A stretch of DNA of 64,000 nt from Flaccisagitta enflata. Lineage: Eukaryota. Of this stretch, positions 1 to 64,000 are shown piece by piece. How positions within the stretch are numbered: the first letter of the stretch is position 1; each line of letters starts with the position of its first letter. The stretch lies in the NCBI GenBank assembly GCA_965153355.1, contig OZ231126.1, positions 11,594,001 to 11,658,000 of the forward strand, written 5' to 3'. Position numbers and translations under genes: made by a program. Below the pieces are notes generated by a model. That model was not told where the DNA came from. It made no database searches and saw nothing but the letters and a program-made list of their open reading frames with translations.

Positions 1-808
1 AAACTTAATATGAGAGAAACTAAGGAAAATTGGTGATGGTTAGAAAGCTCTTCGAAAGATCTTTCATTTGAGTTGTGTCGCAACATTGTCGCTCAGATGG
101 TTTAGAAGCTATATCAATTTGAAAAACACTTCTCTTTTTTTGACCTTACGGTGTGTAAGCAACCATAACTTGAAAAAAATCTCTTGAAAACCATACTTAA
201 TCTTCTCCGATTGAGATGAAAATTGATATGGTGGTACAACATACCTTCCTCTAACAGCCCCTAAAATTTCATCCAAATCGGACAATTTTTACTATCATTT
301 ATACCATGCAAAAGATTTCAATGTTGGTGCGCAAAACTGTGGTTTGCAAAATCAGTGTTTGGGTTTTATTTAATATTTTGTTCATGAAGATATGGTTGAA
401 ATAAGGAAAAATCTATTACAGTTTTAGAGCCTTTTCAAAGATCTATGTTTTGGGCCCTCTTTCAAAGAAGTAAGCAGAGTATGAGTTCAAACAATGCAGA
501 AATAAACGCAAGTTTTTTTGAAATTGCATCATTGTCTAAGAATTTTGATGAGGCATAGTAAAGGAACATGCAAAAACGATGAAATTATTAGCAATTTTCC
601 TTTAATGATACACCGTCAGGGTGGAAAAAGAGTGGTTTTGTTTAAATCACTGTAACTACTAAACCGTTTGAGCCACCAGGTCCAGACACAACTCAAAAAA
701 AAGATTTTTCGAAGAGCTTTCCAATCATCACCAATTTTCCTTATTTTCACCTAAACTAAGTTGGTTAAAATTGGTTTTAAAAATCCGCCATTTTTTATGA
801 CGCCAAGG
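1..808. mobile_element. Fold-back TIR element truncated by the window edge
   Basis: Positions 21-75 are the inverted counterpart of about 690-745 (aaggaaaattggtgat...aaagctcttcgaaa). Confidence 0.6.
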
Positions 809-825
809 TTACACACAGACACACA

Positions 826-58235
<57,410 letters not shown>

Positions 58236-60237
58236 TTTGATAAGTTAGTGATTTTGGAGGATGCCATTTAATCCACCACAATCAAAATCATGTCGAAAAT
58301 CCTTTGATTGCGCAACGAAGCAAATTGACTTTTTCATTAGATGTGCGCCAAAAATGACTTCTTCAAAGATAGTAAGATACTAAGCTTTGCACTTGTGTTA
58401 CGTTTCGGGTTATGCGACTTATTATTGATAATCGGAACCCGTCTTCTGAGGAGTGATTTGATTGGCCGAAAATCAAAAGGTAAGTTTAAGCGTGAAATGA
58501 GGTTCTACGATTTGATTGGTTGATCCAGTTGACTTTCCTGGAAAAGCGGTTTTGCTTCCCGGAATCGGAATTGAAGGCCTTTGAACTCTTTTTCTGTCTT
58601 TGTGAATGCGGATCTCAACTCTTTCTGATCGTCAACCAGACCAAGTTATGGATGCACAATGAAGTTGAGGTAGGCGCTAAGCGGAGGAACATCGCGTAGA
58701 TGATTCCTTTACATCATTTGTCTGTCAATATTCAGACGATTGCTTAAAGACTCGGTATGAGAATCAGTTCGCCCGACGGTAGGTGTGTCGGTCGGTATGA
58801 GAATCAGTTCGCCTGACGGTAGGTCTTTCGGTCGGTTCGTAACACTTTTCTGGATAGCGTGAAATCAGGCGAAATAGAATTAATAGATATTGCAGATAAT
58901 AGAGTATAACTACCCCTTTCGCTATAACTAATGCCCCTACCAACTCGAATGAGGGCACCTTTTTATCCGCAAAACTGCCCCTGCTTAGTACTCACCCTCA
59001 TTTACCATCGATACTCACCCCTGCCCTTAACCAATCGGGCGTGTATCCCTGCTTGTAGAATTCCCCAAAACAATAACCTTTTCAGATCTAATTTGCATAA
59101 ATAACAAATTATCTCTCATTTCCATTGATGTCTAGTGGAGCAAAAACGCCGATGTCTAGAAGAAACAAACCAAGGACAACATACTTTGAGAAAAAAAAAG
59201 AACAAACAAAAAACTTCCATTGTTTTTCAAAAACTGCATCTGAGAGGAGAGAACTATTCTATTTTCTGCTGCATGAAGCTTTTAGATTCTAATTCGCCGT
59301 CCTGAAATGTCAGTCTACTTGCTTAGCACTCTGCTCAATAGAGTCAGAAATTGGTTTGACTAATGCTTATTTATCACAGAGCACCATATGATTAAGTATC
59401 TATCAGTAGCCTCTCAACCTAAATCACCTCCTCACCCCATATTCACCCCAAAAAAGTAAGGCAGAACCATGCTTTCTTGACAGCGCCTTCAACGGTGATC
59501 CGGCTTCAGTCACTCATACGCTGCAAGCCTATTTTTTTCTTTTTTTTTGGCCTTTTGTAATGCTAAATTGCCCATGAAGAAATGGCACATGTTTAGTGGC
59601 GAATCAGCATGACTATCACCCCCAAATCACCTCCTAACCACCACTTATTCACGGTAATTCACCTATTTATGCATGTCTTAAAACTGCGTACTTAGATCTC
59701 TTGATCTTATTTCATTGATTTTTCAAAATGATTTCAGAATGAACTTAGCGATCACTGTCACCTTAAATTATAACCAAGAAAAAAAAATCCCAAACGCGTG
59801 CTTGCATACGAAAAGATGATTTGCACAAAATTGACCATTGATTTCCTAATTGACTACTGATTTCTTAACTTAGGACGAACGCACTACTTATCACTTTTGT
59901 TCAAAATGTAAAATAATAAAAGATATTGCTCCAACGGATATCACTTTGTTTTTATAATAGCCAATTAAAACATATGAACGGAAAACTGTTTATAGCCTAA
60001 GAACGTCGTTCGACCCATAATCGATTGCGGTAGCCGACAAAAAGCGAAGACGTCGCCGCAAACACTGGTAAAACTGCAACTAGCAAAGAATTGGTATACG
60101 TATATATTATCACAGCGCCGTTAGCGTTCTCTCGTTATGACATGAGTTTGCTTTGAATGCACTATGACTATCACATCATGTTGTTCTCTTGTTTCTACGT
60201 TGCACTCCGGTGAGCGAAGGACATGGTTCATTTGTCA

Positions 60238-61181
60238 TCACGCTGCACTCCAGTTGGCGAGAATGTTGTCCGAGTTTCGTGAAGAACGTTCGGAAATGCT
60301 GAGCGAAGACGCGTGATGATCTGCCGTTGGCTTCATATCGTCATCAACCGGCGGCAGAGTTGGTGAAGCGCCTCTTCCTCCGCCGCCGCCGCCTCTCCCG
60401 CCGCCGCCGCGGGTCGATTCAACGGCGCTCTCGATGCTAGCCCGCGCTTTTGTTCTTGGTCTGCTTTCGCGCTTACTATCCGCCTTGACGTTGGCGGAGG
60501 GACGGGTAGACTGTGGTGTTGTCTGCGGCTGCTGTTGCTGCTGTTGCTGTCTTTTCTGCCTTTCAATCGTTTCGAGTCTCGAATTCCATTCAACTTCTTT
60601 GACTTTAAACAGTTTTTCCGCCTGGACCATGGATGGAAGAAGATGAGGAATAGTACAGAACAAGTGACGTGGGGTCACAATATCGTTGCGAACGGGTGGG
60701 CAGGGGCTTCCAACCCCCACTCTCAAACTTACTCAAAAATGTATCTAAAACGCTCGTTTTCCCACTTTTCGACTCGATCGTCACGGAAGAACGGACAGAC
60801 GGACGGACGGACAAAGCCCCTTACAGAGTTGCTTGTCCACAACTACAAAGAGTAAAATATGCGTTCAGTGAGGGATATTGTTTGACTTGTTTCATGGTGA
60901 ACACCTTGCCTGAGTGAATTATCAGTCTATCATTTTCCATGAGCGAACAATGTAGCCCTCATAAATATCTTCAGGGAACGAGTTTACTCAGATCCCGCAT
61001 GAGCGAGGTTACTGTTACCCCGCATGCTCATGAGCGGGCTCACCTCGTCCTTGACGTTTCGTCTGCATTCGATGATTTTCTCCACATTATTGACTTCCTG
61101 ATTAAACGACTTTTCTTTGTCTCTTTGGATCTTCCTGACTGAATCGTGAGTTGATGCCGCGACGGCGAATTGATTGTAACG
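60238..61181 (-). CDS. Last two coding exons of an unidentified gene (charged helical segment, then a low-complexity Q/G/S tail)
   Basis: Exon 61044-61181 (tttcag / gtgagc, 46 codons, RYNQFAV...NVKDE) joins in phase 0 to exon 60238-60621 (AEKLFKVKEVEWNSRLE...NWSAA*). Upstream exons not resolved. Confidence 0.65.
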
Positions 61182-61612
61182 CTGAAAAATTAGTCAATTA
61201 ACCGTAATGGAATGAGTAATTAATTAGTCTTTCTGAATCATATCTGACTGAATCGTAACTCGCCGAGTTATGGCCAATATGCGCGCCTCGATGACTAAGA
61301 ATGAATGAATGAACGTTTTTTTTAATGAACGTTTTGAATGAATAGAAGGATAAAAGGAATTAATGCATGAATGATTGAACGACCGAATGAAAACGAAAGT
61401 AGGAAGTCGCAAGAGGTAGGAGGAATGAAAAAAAAAAAAGACACCGAAATCGTCCGTTTTGCACAGTTTTATCGTTAGTGTGACGGACAGACCAACCAAC
61501 CGACCGACTGACTGACGGATAAACTCGACCTCTTAGAGATGTGCGAGGAGGCACATTAAAGCAATCAAAAACCGAAAGACTCATGAACTATTAATCTGTC
61601 ATAATGATTTCT

Positions 61613-61952
61613 AAGTGCGTCCGCGCACTTCTATAAGAGGTCATGTCCGTCGGTCGGTTGGTTGGTTGGTCGGTCGGTCGGTTGGTCGGTCGGTCACGCA
61701 AACGTTTGAAATGCGCAAAACGGCAGATTCTGACGTATTTCTTCATTCCTATCACCTATCATGCCTCACTACATTCATATTCATTCATTCATTCATTCAT
61801 TCATTCATTCATTCATTCATTCATTCATTCATTCATTCATTCATTCATTCATTCATTCATTCATTCATATATTCATTCATTCATATAAAACGTTCATTCA
61901 CAAAATCTTAATCAAGCGAGGCGCACTTATTGGCCTTCACTTGGCCTTGTTT
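61613..61952 (+). mobile_element. HINE-like copy carrying (TTCA)n; relative at 19436-19710 (-)
   Basis: Shared ends gtgcgtcc...cgcacttctataagagg and ttattggcctt...gccttgttt. Confidence 0.65.
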
Positions 61953-62278
61953 TTCCTACTGGAAACGTGACCGGACGACGCGACTTATTTTAGCGACAAA
62001 TCACAGTCGATTTATGTCAGCGATTAGTGATGCGTGAACGGATTCTGTAAACGATCAGTGGAAATTTAGAAGATAACAAGGCCGGATACACGGCAATCCA
62101 GTCGCGGATGGTTGGGCAGGAGCAGTAGCGCAAAATCCACTCGGAATTCAAAAATGTTACGTTACCGACGAACCGACCGACCGACACGGCAAGGTGTAGA
62201 CTGTAGAGTCGCGTGTCCGCGACTAAAAAAGTTGTGAGTGTGAGTGTGCAACCAAACGTATCACGCCGTGTGCATGGC

Positions 62279-62501
<223 letters not shown>

Positions 62502-63146
62502 TTTCACTCACCCTCTGCACTGAAGCGGACCTGCAGCGCGTCACGCAACCGAGAATACAGGACATAACATTTTAAGAAGATTGTTTTTTGTTATCTTTTT
62601 TCGCGTCAAACCTACATTGGACACCGAAAAGCGGTAAGCTACACTTCTAATCGTGATTTGAATGCCGCGAGAGGATTAAATCTGGTTTTAAAAATCCCAT
62701 CGAGCATACATAACCATCACATCTCTCTATCAAAGCCCCATCAATACAAGAACAAAACCCACAACAGGCCTCAATACAAGAACGAAACCCACAACAGGCC
62801 TGACTTGACAGCCGTTGCAGATACAAAAACCAATCACAAACCAATATTGCTAAGGCGGGACCGACGGTTCGTCGGGCTTAGTAACCGACACAGCAACATA
62901 GAAAGTTGCGGGTTAGTGAACAATAAAATACTCAATAGTCATAACCAAAGTGAACCGTACATGTAGGTAATGAATCTTGCTTCTTTTTTGTTTTGTTACG
63001 GTTTGCTTCTTGAATTTATCTCCTTGATTATAAAAAGAAAAAAAATTGCGTCAATTACTCTCACACTTAGTTTATTCCTTGTTTTTACCACGGATGTAAA
63101 ACGTTTATATGAGAACTTCCATCGTATCGTATATGAGAATCGTTTA

Positions 63147-63347
63147 TTTTTAGTCGCGTGCTACGCGACTCTATACCCCGCTTTGTCCGTCCGTCGGTCG
63201 GTCGATCGGTTGGTCGGTCCCCATTTTACTTTTTTTATGTTTTTGCGGTCTTTGGCCTCACTGCTCCTTGCCAAATGCTTTAGTAACTCAAATACTGCCC
63301 CTGCCCACCCGCACGCGACTGAGGTAGCCGTGTATCCGGCCTTGTTT
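63147..63347 (+). mobile_element. DINE-1/HINE-like (Helentron-associated) element, representative full copy
   Basis: ttttt-agtcgcgtg subTIR with adjacent inverted acgcgact; (GTCC/GTCG)n core; 3' gcacgcgact; stem-loop gccg-tgtatc-cggc; ends in a T-run. Confidence 0.75.
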
Positions 63348-63522
63348 ATTCACAAACGGATACGACCGAGACCGAGACCGATGCTTCCGTTGCTCTCCTA
63401 AAAGTTGGCCCCAGGGGACTTGTGAAATTGAATGAAACAACCGGGGATGATAAATGGAAGCGGAGGGACGGGGGTGGGGGTGGGGGCAGGGGGGGACGGC
63501 AGAAGAGGCCCGGCACAGTGAA

Positions 63523-63744
63523 TACATACATACATACATATAGATATACATACATACATACATACATACATACATACATACATACATACATACATACATA
63601 CATACATACATACATACATACATACATACATACATACATACATACATACATACATACATACATACATACATACATACATGCATACATACATACATACATA
63701 CATACATACATACATACATACATACATACATACATACATACATA
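63523..63744. repeat. (TACA)n microsatellite
   Basis: Direct reading. Confidence 0.97.
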
Positions 63745-64000
63745 AATCTAAAAAAATGTTACCGACCGTCTAACAGAACGCGCCCACTTAGAAATTTTTA
63801 TCAATGAAAATAGTGAAAACTCCTAAGTCGAAATCCATTTCATTCAGCCCGCCCGTGTGAAAAATTGTAAATGGACGTTTTGAGGTGCTACTGCCAGAAT
63901 GATCGTCTGCTCAACACTGTCAGTCTGTCTTTTAAAAAGGAATGAATGTATAGTAAAATATGCATGTACAAATGAATAAATGAATGGACGAATGAATGTA

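Noticed and set aside
58300-58760. ABCC promoter with CCAAT boxes (ccaatc on the minus strand near 58460 and 58515)
   Set aside because: Plausible position, but short motifs alone cannot support a promoter call.

Overview
Repeat-rich metazoan (probably invertebrate) genomic DNA. Almost the whole window is one minus-strand, multi-exon ABCC4/MRP4-like ABC transporter gene. I traced 25 exons by hand with consistent GT-AG phases, about 1215 codons from a putative ATG at 58235 to position 923; the gene runs off the left edge before the end of TMD2 and NBD2. Two parts of the protein stand out. The NBD1-TMD2 linker is about 170 aa and carries eight dibasic PKA-type sites, which resembles the CFTR R domain. 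The TM7-TM8 loop is long and rich in N-glycosylation sequons. An intact 5-exon, 557-aa mitochondrial-clan cytochrome P450 lies antisense inside the 18.4-kb intron that splits the NBD1 Walker A motif, about 310 bp downstream of a four-deep stack of nested DNA transposons. Other intronic elements: (i) a CAC...GTG (Chapaev-like) TIR element inside a (GAT)n array, itself holding an 8.4-kb gag-only LTR element with a hairpin cassette; (ii) a young, defective Ty3/gypsy-like element with non-canonical CG...AG LTR ends and a YVDN RT motif; (iii) an Academ-like remnant; (iv) many DINE-1/HINE-like elements and MITEs. The last two exons of an unidentified gene lie at 60238-61181. Most long ORFs in the supplied track are microsatellite artefacts. 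Family assignments come from motif recognition only; no database searches were run.
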